Below, piece by piece: positions 27,942 through 37,119 of a stretch of DNA of 64,000 bases; the stretch's first letter is position 1, and each line of letters begins with the position of its first letter. The position numbers and the translations under genes were made by a program. The stretch is from sequence record NC_031127.1. One strand, given 5' to 3'. Below the pieces are notes generated by a model that was given only the letters and a program-made list of their open reading frames with translations, was not told the DNA's origin and searched no databases.

Positions 27942-28214
27942 ATGAAACCCTATCCATTCTGGAAACGTTTATACTTTGCCTTTTTCCCAGACAAAGACCC
28001 GAGAACGGTTAAATACATCTTCACGTTCGATCGTGAGGAAGATGAGTTTTGGGCAATGCTGAACGGTGACTATCCGGGATGGACGGCTATCTTTCCGTTC
28101 ATGGAACGGAGTGAGCCCCGTGTGATTCACTATCATGACATCCACGGGGACTTAGTGGCTATCTGTGTACGGTGGCCAAACCGCAACTATTACTACACCG
28201 TTAAGGTGCGTTAA
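27942..28214 (+). CDS. Hypothetical protein
   Basis: 90-aa ORF, SD GAGGA. Confidence 0.7.
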   Translation: MKPYPFWKRLYFAFFPDKDPRTVKYIFTFDREEDEFWAMLNGDYPGWTAIFPFMERSEPRVIHYHDIHGDLVAICVRWPNRNYYYTVKVR

Positions 28215-28230
28215 GACAAGGGGTGTGGCC

Positions 28231-28590
28231 ATGCGTGTAAAAAGAACAAGTGATGGCAAACTGTCATTCTTGTGTCCGGGTTGTGGCGTACGCCATACGG
28301 CGTCAGTTTCTTCATCTGGTGGCCCACAGTGGTCGTGGAACGGTGACGTAGACCGTCCCACGTTAACGCCATCTGTGTTGGTGCGCTCCGGGCACTATGT
28401 TCCTGGACACGACAAATCTGGCTGTTGGTGTACCTACTACGCTGATCATCCTGATGAAGATCCCGAAGACAGTTTCAAATGTGGTGTCTGCCACTCGTTT
28501 GTGACAGACGGAAATATCCAATTCTTAAACGATTGTACACATGCACTGGCCGGGAAAACTGTTCCTCTGCCTGAGTTGCAGGAGGACTGA
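28231..28590 (+). CDS. DUF6527-like Cys/His metal-binding protein
   Basis: FLCPGCGVRH, WSWNGDVDRPTLTPSVLV, CHSFVTDGNIQFLNDCTH. Confidence 0.65.
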   Translation: MRVKRTSDGKLSFLCPGCGVRHTASVSSSGGPQWSWNGDVDRPTLTPSVLVRSGHYVPGHDKSGCWCTYYADHPDEDPEDSFKCGVCHSFVTDGNIQFLNDCTHALAGKTVPLPELQED

Positions 28591-28592
28591 TT

Positions 28593-29759
28593 ATGTCGTC
28601 ACCAGATTTAGATTTTATTACGCTGTGTGAGGATTTTGACACAGTGGTTGCCTTGGAGTCCATTGGGGTGGGAATGAATAACCCGATGATGCGCTCTATT
28701 GCCTTGCGATGGAACGTGTTAGATGAAGCCGAGGCGGAGTGGGAAGAAGCGGTTGCCCGTGAGTCCAATGCGATGATGGAACGGGCACAGGCGGTCGCCG
28801 ACGGTGCTGCACAAGGTAGCATCGCGAAGAAGGTTGCCAAAGACGCCGGTAAGGCTGCGGTGGGTGTGGGGATGGGTGCTGCCCGTCTGGCCGGTAAAGG
28901 GACTGTTAAGGGCGCGAAAGCCGCAGGTAAAGGCGCTAAACACCTTTCGAGCAAACTGCTGGATAAATTCAAAGAGTGGGCAGAACACTACGGTCCTATC
29001 TTTAAAGAGAAAATCGCGGACATGACGTCGAAATCCACCACGATGGAAAAGCGTCGCCAGAAGCTCGAGTCCAAACTGCACACGGCGGAGATTCACCCGC
29101 AGGATGTCCGTGTCCTGACGTGGGCGAGTTGTGTCTGTTATGAAGACAAACCCGACCTTGCCAAGTGTATCGAGTTGTCGAATCACAGTGAAGCGATGGC
29201 TGCCGCGGTGAAAGAGTACACCGTGAAAGTTGACCAAACCAAACTGGTTGTCGACCGCCGTAAGAAGAACGATGACGGTACGCTGGATAAAATTGGTTAT
29301 CCGTCAAACGCCGCGATTCACCGTGCTTCAGGTCTTCTCGGACGCTTTACCGAGAACGATGTCAAGGCCCGTCCGTTAGCCGGTAACGTTATCATTGTTA
29401 CCCGTGGGTTCGGTGCAAAAGAGAAGGTGGAGTTTGCCGTTGCCCGTGAAGCCAAAATCGGTGGCAAGTTCGAAACGCTGTCTAAGGCCGAGTGTGAAAA
29501 AGCATTAGAAGCCGTTAAGCGTATTGCACAAGCCCTCGAAGACCGCAGTGCTAAGCGTGGCGTCTTCAGCTACACCGGCATCTATGAAAACATGGAAAAG
29601 CTGCGTGAGCACATGAAGGATTTGGACGGGAACGAGCTGCGTGCCGTTACGCTCCAGTTCAAGAACGCCATGGCTGTCGAAGATGCGTTTACAACAGCGC
29701 TCGTTCGTGTGGGTGATGGTCTGCTCAATTGGGTGCAGGCGTCCATTAAGGCGGGTTAA
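28593..29759 (+). CDS. Putative internal head/ejection protein with propeptide
   Basis: VVALE|S maturation-type motif near the N-terminus, Lys/Ala/Gly-rich amphipathic region; layout of phiKZ-like inner head proteins. Confidence 0.6.
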   Translation: MSSPDLDFITLCEDFDTVVALESIGVGMNNPMMRSIALRWNVLDEAEAEWEEAVARESNAMMERAQAVADGAAQGSIAKKVAKDAGKAAVGVGMGAARLAGKGTVKGAKAAGKGAKHLSSKLLDKFKEWAEHYGPIFKEKIADMTSKSTTMEKRRQKLESKLHTAEIHPQDVRVLTWASCVCYEDKPDLAKCIELSNHSEAMAAAVKEYTVKVDQTKLVVDRRKKNDDGTLDKIGYPSNAAIHRASGLLGRFTENDVKARPLAGNVIIVTRGFGAKEKVEFAVAREAKIGGKFETLSKAECEKALEAVKRIAQALEDRSAKRGVFSYTGIYENMEKLREHMKDLDGNELRAVTLQFKNAMAVEDAFTTALVRVGDGLLNWVQASIKAG

Positions 29760-29761
29760 GC

Positions 29762-30238
29762 ATGAAAGTCGTTTTAGTTTCTAAGTTAACATCCCGGCTG
29801 GGCCAGAAGTTCCACGCCGAGTTAACCGATTTGCACAACAGTCTCTATAACGACCAGCAGGCCCGTCTTAAAGACCTGAATGGCCGAAGTGGCTTTAATG
29901 AAATCGATGATGTCTCCGAAGTCTGGAGCGAAGGACAGCAGGCTGCCGTGGCTGTAGACGACGAAGGTCGTGCGGTGGGGTTCCTGTCCTTCTCCATTCA
30001 GACCGGTCGGTCGAACATGGGCAGTAAGTGGTTGTGGATTTACAACTTCTATGTCAACAACGACCAACGTGGTAAAGGTGTCGGTCTTCTGCTGATGAAC
30101 GCGGTGCGTGACCACGGGAAAGCCAAAGGTTGTGGTTTCATGCAGCTCTACGTGCTGGACAATAACCAGCAAGCGATTGCGATGTACCAGAAGTTTGGTT
30201 TTCGCACCGAATATCGGGATATGGTGAAGGAGATTTAA
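29762..30238 (+). CDS. GNAT-family N-acetyltransferase
   Basis: FYVNNDQRGKGVGLLLM; LYVLDNNQQAIAMYQKFGF. Confidence 0.92.
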   Translation: MKVVLVSKLTSRLGQKFHAELTDLHNSLYNDQQARLKDLNGRSGFNEIDDVSEVWSEGQQAAVAVDDEGRAVGFLSFSIQTGRSNMGSKWLWIYNFYVNNDQRGKGVGLLLMNAVRDHGKAKGCGFMQLYVLDNNQQAIAMYQKFGFRTEYRDMVKEI

Positions 30239-30844
30239 ATGGCAACTGTTCGCAATGTGCCCCATCAGGAGGGTCGTCGTTATACGTTTGGTGTGAAGCG
30301 GCATTTCCTCGGTTTCCGTCCGGGATGGAAAGTGGTTCGCGTTGCGGGCAGTTTCTGGCAACTCCCACCTAACGTGTTGAAGCATTACTCGGCAGAGCAG
30401 ATACAACATTTCCTCACACTCGCGGACTGGAGACAGAAAGAGTCCTTTAACCGCATCAAGTGTAATGAAATTGGTAAGTCTCGGAATGCAACCGAGCGGG
30501 GTGTTTATTGGACGGGGCAGAACGCATTTCAAACGGGTGGTTTTGTTGGCCCAACAGAAGTGCGGGAAGTCGAAGGGCAACTGGACGGCAGAAAGTTTAT
30601 CGGTCTGCACATCCACTGTCCTGATTCCCCTCAGTATGACTACCTGCTTGTTACCGATAAAGATGTGACCTTCTCGACGTTCTACAAGTACCTCTTGTTT
30701 TACAGCGATAAGATCTACTTCTACGCGTTCAATCGTGATACGCCGTGGGATATCGGTTTCCCTTACTTACGCCTACGGAGTAAAGAGGCATGTTCTATCG
30801 AGAACTTCAACAGTATACCGACGCTTTGCAAAGAAGCGAGCTAA
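30239..30844 (+). CDS. Hypothetical protein
   Basis: 201-aa ORF, SD AAGGAG. Confidence 0.7.
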   Translation: MATVRNVPHQEGRRYTFGVKRHFLGFRPGWKVVRVAGSFWQLPPNVLKHYSAEQIQHFLTLADWRQKESFNRIKCNEIGKSRNATERGVYWTGQNAFQTGGFVGPTEVREVEGQLDGRKFIGLHIHCPDSPQYDYLLVTDKDVTFSTFYKYLLFYSDKIYFYAFNRDTPWDIGFPYLRLRSKEACSIENFNSIPTLCKEAS

Positions 30845-31158
30845 AGCACGACAGTAACTTTGATGATGTCACGGATGTCCTTTCTCAATTTAAAGACCTC
30901 GTGGTAACCGTTAAGACTGACCCAATCGGTGTACAGTCGCGGGGGTTAGACCTTGTGATTGCCAACGAACATGGGCGGTTCCATTTGCGCTTCCGTTACA
31001 GTAAGGATTTTTTACTCACCTTATTGTGTCACGTTGAAACGAATGGCCAGCGACACAAAGTGCGTTGGTGGGACGATTATTCTAAGTTCGAGTACGCAGA
31101 AGCGGAACACCGCCAAACCGTATACGACTTTATGCGAGCCGTAATTAACGGATTTTGA
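30790..31158 (+). CDS. Hypothetical protein
   Basis: 122-aa ORF overlapping the previous gene, SD GAGG. Confidence 0.65.
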   Translation: MFYRELQQYTDALQRSELKHDSNFDDVTDVLSQFKDLVVTVKTDPIGVQSRGLDLVIANEHGRFHLRFRYSKDFLLTLLCHVETNGQRHKVRWWDDYSKFEYAEAEHRQTVYDFMRAVINGF

Positions 31159-31168
31159 GAGAGCGAAA

Positions 31169-31768
31169 ATGCCTGAGATGATCTTAGACTCGCTTTTCCT
31201 GATTACCAATGCGTACATTGATAAGAATGGTAAACTGCCGGTGCGTATCTGCGTCCGGCGCAGCGGCGTGAGCCGTCTGTATCACATTACCAAAGTCTTA
31301 GACATTGCGTGTAAAGTAACCGGGATGAAGCGACCGAAAACCCTGAACAACTTCAAACACGTTCAGGGTATTTTACACAAAGCCATGTGTGACATGCACC
31401 GTAAGCGCCGTCACTCGCCGTACCATCCATTAACGCGGGCATCAGGAGGTGACGTGGAGTATCGTGAGAACATCGTTAACCTGCGGCCGGGTTATTGCAA
31501 TGTTGCGGGGTTAGGCGCACAACGCCTGCGGAACATCATTCAGGGCAAGAACGCTGAACCGACTCCGCAAGAAGCAGAACACGCAATGTCGATGTTGCGC
31601 GCTGCTGAACTCGTGGTGGTGGATACCGAAGTCGAAGCGTACCGTATGCAGTTCTTCTTGACTGAACGCGGACTAACGGCTTTGGTGGTCTACGGTGAAA
31701 CAGCGGACAAGCTGAACCTGCCGAGCACAGATGGTGAATGGTCGAAACCGACCGTTGAACACCAGTAA
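31169..31768 (+). CDS. Hypothetical basic protein
   Basis: 199-aa ORF followed by a terminator. Confidence 0.75.
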   Translation: MPEMILDSLFLITNAYIDKNGKLPVRICVRRSGVSRLYHITKVLDIACKVTGMKRPKTLNNFKHVQGILHKAMCDMHRKRRHSPYHPLTRASGGDVEYRENIVNLRPGYCNVAGLGAQRLRNIIQGKNAEPTPQEAEHAMSMLRAAELVVVDTEVEAYRMQFFLTERGLTALVVYGETADKLNLPSTDGEWSKPTVEHQ

Positions 31769-31773
31769 AGTTT

Positions 31774-31810
31774 ACCCACCCCTCGGGGTGGGTTTACTCT
31801 ATCTTTTTTT
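31774..31810 (+). terminator. Intrinsic terminator
   Basis: acccaccc-ctcg-gggtgggt plus T-rich tract. Confidence 0.7.
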
Positions 31811-31833
31811 GAATAGATATTATTTAGGTGAGA
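31811..31833 (+). promoter_or_regulatory. Early promoter motif, copy 4
   Basis: gaatagatattatttaggtgaga. Confidence 0.65.
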
Positions 31834-31921
31834 TAACAATAGTTATCTTTTTTTACAGCAGATATTCTAAGTATGCCGATGTGTGCCGGTTAAAGCACAC
31901 CACATCCTACTAGGAGACATT

Positions 31922-32671
31922 ATGAAATTGGAACACGCCGTCGGACACCCACTGAAAACGCTGCGCAGTAACCCGTACATGGAAGAAGTCTGGACACTTA
32001 ACCATCCGGATGCCGCTCACAGTTTCCACTTCTTCAAAGCGAACGATAAGAAATACTCAGCGAAAGGTGTCGTGGTTGAGAAAGGGATTGATATCATCGT
32101 CGAAGTATTGCCGAGTATGGCCGACATGAAAAAGTTAATCGGTGCACGCGGTTTCGGATGGAAGTTAGAGAGCTTTTATCATCCTCTCTATTTGAGGATA
32201 GGCGAGATTGCCTTCAGACGTTGTTTGGGCAACGCAGATTTTCGCGTGGCACTAGCAAAGAACGACGGTGAGTTTGTCAGGAATTATGATCCACTAATTC
32301 ACAGTTTGTTCTTAGCGTATGGCTTGGCAACAGCCGAGATACGACCAGGAAAAGAGGGGATTTGGCCGTACGAAATTCTAACGTGGAATAGCACCTTCCG
32401 TGCGAAGTACCATACCGGAAAAGAGTTGTCAGGTCGCCGCAAACTTACTTACCGCCAAAGCAAGCATCCGGAACTGCCATGTACCGCAGAAATGGATATG
32501 CGTTTTGATGTCAAGCGTCGATGTAACACAGCGCCTAATTTGACGATTACCAGACGGTATCTTCTCGAGAGTTGGCCAAACTCCAAAACGTTTGTTGCGT
32601 CCCCAGAAAACAAACCGTATTTGGATATCCTTTTGGCAGAGGCGGATAGCACCGATACCAGACAGTTGTAA
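31922..32671 (+). CDS. Hypothetical early protein
   Basis: ATG at 31922 after AGGAG, within track ORF 31883..32671. Confidence 0.75.
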   Translation: MKLEHAVGHPLKTLRSNPYMEEVWTLNHPDAAHSFHFFKANDKKYSAKGVVVEKGIDIIVEVLPSMADMKKLIGARGFGWKLESFYHPLYLRIGEIAFRRCLGNADFRVALAKNDGEFVRNYDPLIHSLFLAYGLATAEIRPGKEGIWPYEILTWNSTFRAKYHTGKELSGRRKLTYRQSKHPELPCTAEMDMRFDVKRRCNTAPNLTITRRYLLESWPNSKTFVASPENKPYLDILLAEADSTDTRQL

Positions 32672-32676
32672 TTCTA

Positions 32677-32706
32677 TAAGCGACCTTCGGGTCGCTTATT
32701 TTTTTG
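32677..32706 (+). terminator. Intrinsic terminator (cUUCGg loop)
   Basis: taagcgacc-ttcg-ggtcgctta plus T tract. Confidence 0.85.
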
Positions 32707-32769
32707 TTCGATTACACCAGTTGTACATAATGTGTACAGAACACTTAAAGCTTTAATGGGGAAAACGTA

Positions 32770-33411
32770 ATGACAGCCATTACCGCGGCCTTCGATGGTC
32801 ACGATTATGCTGGGAAGTCTACGATGGTGCAGAAGGTTCGTGCCGTCTTAGAAGGTCTTGGTCTGCGAGTGAAGGTGGTTAACCACCCGTGTGCGGATAC
32901 CGAGACAGGGCAGTTTGCTCGCCGCCAGTTAGTGACTGGTGTGGCAGATGCTCTGGTTGCACGGGCAATGTGTCAGGATTTCGAATACACACTGCAATAC
33001 GTCGTACCCCAATACGACGTGGTTTTGCTTGACCGTTGGGCACCCGTGACAATCGCGAACCAAGGTGACGAGGGCCGTCAGGAAGTCTTCCGTTCTGGTG
33101 TGTGTAACCAACCGGGTTCTCCCCAGATTTATGTTTCGATGGAAGTTGGTTTTGAAACCGCCAAACTCCGTCGCAGCAAACGTCTGGCTGAGAAAGGGTT
33201 GGACTGGGATGATGCGGTCAGTGGTAAGATGTTCGAGTCGGAAGAAGCGTGGGATGCGTATCGCGATCGCTATCGTTATGCGTTTCAGATTCTGACCGAG
33301 GGCGGGGATAAGTTCCAGTGGCTGAAGTTTGACGAACAGTCTGACCAAGTTACGGCACCGCTCACTATCGCGACCGCAATCGCAGTGGCGTACGTGAACA
33401 AACTAAAATAA
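32770..33411 (+). CDS. tmk: Thymidylate (dTMP) kinase-like
   Basis: AFDGHDYAGKST P-loop, VVNHP, VVLLDRW, AKLRR. Confidence 0.75.
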   Translation: MTAITAAFDGHDYAGKSTMVQKVRAVLEGLGLRVKVVNHPCADTETGQFARRQLVTGVADALVARAMCQDFEYTLQYVVPQYDVVLLDRWAPVTIANQGDEGRQEVFRSGVCNQPGSPQIYVSMEVGFETAKLRRSKRLAEKGLDWDDAVSGKMFESEEAWDAYRDRYRYAFQILTEGGDKFQWLKFDEQSDQVTAPLTIATAIAVAYVNKLK

Positions 33412-33416
33412 GAAAG

Positions 33417-33453
33417 ACCCCTCTTACCTTCGGGTAAGAGGGTTTTATTTTTT
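33417..33453 (+). terminator. Intrinsic terminator (cUUCGg loop)
   Basis: ccctcttacc-ttcg-ggtaagaggg plus T tract. Confidence 0.85.
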
Positions 33454-33491
33454 ACACCAACCAATAGTCCTATGCTTTATTCCACAAAATC

Positions 33492-33516
33492 TCAGATAGA
33501 TATCATCTAGGTGGAC
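33492..33516 (+). promoter_or_regulatory. Early promoter motif, copy 5
   Basis: tcagatagatatcatctaggtggac. Confidence 0.7.
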
Positions 33517-33559
33517 ATTGAAATCAATGTCTTATTGTACCCACAAGGAGAATCAAACA

Positions 33560-33910
33560 ATGCGTTATATCCATGATGCTACACGTAATGCTAAAAACAA
33601 GTTCGTCAACCAGATGAGCTTCATCATTGAAAAGATTGTTGAAGACGGTGTAAAGCAGCGTGAACTTGCTGACGTTGCGAAAGTCTCACCTGGCGTCATT
33701 AGCAACATCAAATTCGGTCGTGTTGACCGTGTTTCATTTGACGTCGTTAAGCGTGTCGCCGATGCCCTGCGTCTGGAATATACAATCACCGTAACGTCCC
33801 GCTTTGGTAAGGCTACCGAAGTCGTGACCGTACAAACCGGTTATGAATATATGAGACTCAATGCCGCATGGCAGGGTCACCAGGCTAAGTCCGTCCGTAC
33901 CGCACACTAA
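33560..33910 (+). CDS. XRE/Cro-C1-type helix-turn-helix protein
   Basis: VKQRELADVAKVSPGVISNIKFGRVDRVSFDVVKRVADAL; ATG at 33560 after AAGGAG. Confidence 0.85.
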   Translation: MRYIHDATRNAKNKFVNQMSFIIEKIVEDGVKQRELADVAKVSPGVISNIKFGRVDRVSFDVVKRVADALRLEYTITVTSRFGKATEVVTVQTGYEYMRLNAAWQGHQAKSVRTAH

Positions 33911-33921
33911 TCGAGGTTACC

Positions 33922-34386
33922 ATGAAAGCAATTTATGCCGCTGGTAAGACCCAGCACATTATCGCCCCACACGACGAATGTTGCCCACACCTCCATCCGT
34001 GGCAAATCGCCCCGTACTACACCGCGCAAATCGTCGGCCCTATCCGTACGGTGTTCTACACTTGTAAGTCGTGCCACGAAGCGTTACAGAACGAAATCGC
34101 GCAGAACTTTATCCTCTGCAACGATTGCCGTAAACCGATGGCCCCGGAAGAAGTGATTTGCTGGTCGCCGTATGACACAAATCCTGCACAGCCGACCATC
34201 TATCTGTGCAAAGACTGTGAATGTGGTACGAAACACTTTGACCGTGTGGAGTACGACCGTGCGAACTTCGTGCAAAGCTACCCGGTGAAACAACGTAACC
34301 TCCGCCTGCTGGCGACAAGCGATGCCGGAATGAACATGCGTTATATTCCGGAGCCGATTCGTCGTCCGTATGACACACACATCTAA
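33922..34386 (+). CDS. Cys-rich zinc-finger protein
   Basis: CKSC, CNDC, CKDC and a CC pair. Confidence 0.75.
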   Translation: MKAIYAAGKTQHIIAPHDECCPHLHPWQIAPYYTAQIVGPIRTVFYTCKSCHEALQNEIAQNFILCNDCRKPMAPEEVICWSPYDTNPAQPTIYLCKDCECGTKHFDRVEYDRANFVQSYPVKQRNLRLLATSDAGMNMRYIPEPIRRPYDTHI

Positions 34387-34484
34387 AAGTAAAGTAAAGG
34401 GGGTCTTTCCCCCTTCTTATTTTTTGCCTTTTTACGCAACTTCCCTTTCCTGTGAATAACAAGAATTTGTTGCGGGGGAAATCG

Positions 34485-35492
34485 ATGCAATCGATAGCGC
34501 AATCAACCATCATTAAACCGTCGGTCGAACCGACAGAACAGCAAATCAATATCACCATTGAGCGACTCACTTGGGGTAGCGAAAAAGCACGCGAGTATTA
34601 TCATGCCTTTGGGTCACGTACCATTCCGATTAAACGGTTGAACGTTATCCTCAAAAATCCGCAGTACCAAGTCTTCGGTTTGCGTAACGACAGACATAAG
34701 CCGCTTGGGTATATCTCGGTCATTACCACCATGGGCGATGAAACACTCATCATTCACCATGCAGAAGAGATTATCTCTAAGTCTCTTAACAAAGTGGCGA
34801 TGATGATGTTGTTGGATCACGTCGGGTGCCGCTATGCGATGACGGTTGACGGGTCGTCTGATAACTTCGACTTCCGCAATCGCATGGGCTTTAAGCTGAT
34901 TGAAAACAACTGGATGGTGAACTGTAAACCGTACGAGAAACTTCCCATCGATAAACGGATTGTGGATGTCTCTGGTTTAGAGTCACTCAGCGAACATCAG
35001 CTTGAGCAACTTACCGGTTTAGTCCGCTACACCATCTACCGCGAAGGGCAGACTGATCCGTTTGGTCGGGAAATCTTCCGTGAAGTGTTACCAGAGTCGG
35101 TCATTGAACGTGGGCGCACCAGTCAGTATAAAACGCTGGTCTGGATGGATGCGGGGGATATTCTCGGCGTCGCACAACTGCAATACGCACAATGGGGTGA
35201 GGTTATCCTGAGTGGGGTTGGGGTTGATGGTTCCCATACGGGCAAGCGTATCGGGCGCAATCTGGTTGCCGCGGCAATTCAGAAAGCGGGCATGTCTCAC
35301 GAACACCTGATGGCCACCACCTTTGCAGACAATGGGCCAATGAACCACCTGTTTGGAAACCTCTTAGGTTGGGATATGTTGCCGGGGTCAATTGGCGTGG
35401 AGTTGGTTGAGAACGCGGTGAGCTGGAAGAAGTCGAAGAAGTATCTGGGTGTGACAGCCGGTCACGGTGCCCCAATGTACAAAGGGGATTGA
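34485..35492 (+). CDS. Tandem-domain GNAT acetyltransferase
   Basis: C-domain LSGVGVDGSHTGKRIGRNLV and TFADNGPMNHLF..LGW; N-domain ends NFDFRNRMGF; ATG 34485 preferred. Confidence 0.75.
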   Translation: MQSIAQSTIIKPSVEPTEQQINITIERLTWGSEKAREYYHAFGSRTIPIKRLNVILKNPQYQVFGLRNDRHKPLGYISVITTMGDETLIIHHAEEIISKSLNKVAMMMLLDHVGCRYAMTVDGSSDNFDFRNRMGFKLIENNWMVNCKPYEKLPIDKRIVDVSGLESLSEHQLEQLTGLVRYTIYREGQTDPFGREIFREVLPESVIERGRTSQYKTLVWMDAGDILGVAQLQYAQWGEVILSGVGVDGSHTGKRIGRNLVAAAIQKAGMSHEHLMATTFADNGPMNHLFGNLLGWDMLPGSIGVELVENAVSWKKSKKYLGVTAGHGAPMYKGD

Positions 35493-35493
35493 G

Positions 35494-36315
35494 ATGCGTT
35501 CTATTTTAAAATGGGTCGGTGGAAAGAAGCGAATCATCCAACCCCTGCGTAAGGTGTTCGGTGACACCGATTGTTTCGTCGAGCCGTTCGTGGGCGCAGG
35601 TTCGGTATTCATGAACACCAACTTCCCGAAGTACATTCTCTCTGACTACAATCCCGATTTGGTTGCGGTGCTCCGTTCTGCGATGGAAGCCCCGGACGAT
35701 TTGGTGGAAGCTTGTGAGCAACTCTGGACTAACGGGTGTGACCCTGAGGTTTATGATGCCCGCCGGGCGATACTCAACGACCGTGAGAACGTCACCGTCG
35801 AAGACACCATTGACCGGGCAGCTATCTTCATTTACCTGAACCGTCACGGGTACAATGGGTTGTGTCGCTACAACAAGTCGGGCGGGTACAACGTCCCTTA
35901 TGGCGACCACCCAACCAAACCGTATTTACCCAAAGAAGAAATTCATGCTTTCTGGAAACGCTGCACCGAATCCGAAGTAGACTTGCGCTGCTGTGGCTTT
36001 GAGGAGACGATTATCAATGCACCGAAAGGTTCACTGATTTACGCTGACCCTCCGTACATACCCAGCTCGAAGACTTCCTCGTTTGCGCAGTATCATAAAG
36101 CGTCCTTTAACCAACAACACCAACGCCAATTGGCTAAACTCCTGAAAGAAGCACATCTTCGTGGTTGTCGTGTAGTCCTGTCGAATTCTGATACGCTGCT
36201 CACCAAAGACATCTACTATGGCTTCCAATGGGAGACCGTAGAGGTGGGGCGGTATTTAGGGTCGAAGGCTGAAACCCGTGGACGTGTGAACGAGTTGATT
36301 GGTGTTCTGGAGTAA
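35494..36315 (+). CDS. dam: DNA adenine methyltransferase (Dam family)
   Basis: LKWVGGKK, EPFVGAGSVF, LSDYN, YLNRHGYNGLCRYNKSGGYNVPYG, DPPY, LSNSD. Confidence 0.95.
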   Translation: MRSILKWVGGKKRIIQPLRKVFGDTDCFVEPFVGAGSVFMNTNFPKYILSDYNPDLVAVLRSAMEAPDDLVEACEQLWTNGCDPEVYDARRAILNDRENVTVEDTIDRAAIFIYLNRHGYNGLCRYNKSGGYNVPYGDHPTKPYLPKEEIHAFWKRCTESEVDLRCCGFEETIINAPKGSLIYADPPYIPSSKTSSFAQYHKASFNQQHQRQLAKLLKEAHLRGCRVVLSNSDTLLTKDIYYGFQWETVEVGRYLGSKAETRGRVNELIGVLE

Positions 36316-36317
36316 CC

Positions 36318-37112
36318 ATGCACCTGTTATCGTATCCACCTGTGTACGAGCGACCTGTCCTCCTTAACGGTCGAGAGGTTGAAGTTGAACGTATCTGGCA
36401 AGGCATTAAACAAACCCATCCGTTAGCGATGGACGAGGAGCATTATCTGGTGGTGTCTAACACTCGCCAGACGCTCCTTGTATTAAGTGGCGAACGTCAC
36501 GGCGATGTGTTCCATATTCTCAATATGGTGCCGATGACCGACAAGCCCTTTTACCAGTGGAAAAACCTCATGCGTCAACTCGAAGTGGTTCACTTCGATG
36601 TGGTATTAGACCCAAGTGCTCATGTCGAGCACGGGATATGTCAGGCCATGGGACTTGAGTTCGTGACAAAGCGTGTGAAGTTTACCCCGTTTGATGTTTC
36701 GCGTTTCAACACGCGTGCGCCGATGATTCATCGTCAGGAGAACTGCTCTCTTGATGAGATGGAGCGTGTGTGTCAGATAACGAAGAAATCACTGCCGGGG
36801 TACAAGCACATCTTAAAGGAAGTGGCGTTCGGTTTTATGGAAACGTTGGTACGCAAACAAAACGACAAGATTACGTCGGTGTTGTTTGTTAGCCAGACAC
36901 CTAATACCGTCACCGTCGCTAACTACGTTTCTGTGTTTCATCAACAGGACAGGCAGTATGCGCAGGACTTCTCGGAGTTCTTCCGATACTTACTGAAACT
37001 GTGCGGGACACAGAAAAAGTCGTTGTATATCTCGCTGGACGCTAAGGCAGAGATACCGACTTACGATGGTATCACTCATGAGGTGGTGACACATCATTAC
37101 ACGATTGCTTAG
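36318..37112 (+). CDS. Degenerate tandem GNAT-like protein
   Basis: GNAT-like strand/helix pattern twice (HGICQAMGLEFV; NDKITSVLFV); no canonical acetyl-CoA loop. Confidence 0.5.
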   Translation: MHLLSYPPVYERPVLLNGREVEVERIWQGIKQTHPLAMDEEHYLVVSNTRQTLLVLSGERHGDVFHILNMVPMTDKPFYQWKNLMRQLEVVHFDVVLDPSAHVEHGICQAMGLEFVTKRVKFTPFDVSRFNTRAPMIHRQENCSLDEMERVCQITKKSLPGYKHILKEVAFGFMETLVRKQNDKITSVLFVSQTPNTVTVANYVSVFHQQDRQYAQDFSEFFRYLLKLCGTQKKSLYISLDAKAEIPTYDGITHEVVTHHYTIA

Positions 37113-37119
37113 GAGGGTT

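Noticed and set aside
31169-31768. N-terminus (KNGKLPVRICVRRSG) resembling an integrase arm-binding domain
   Set aside because: No tyrosine-recombinase R-H-R-Y residues, too short, and no att-like context
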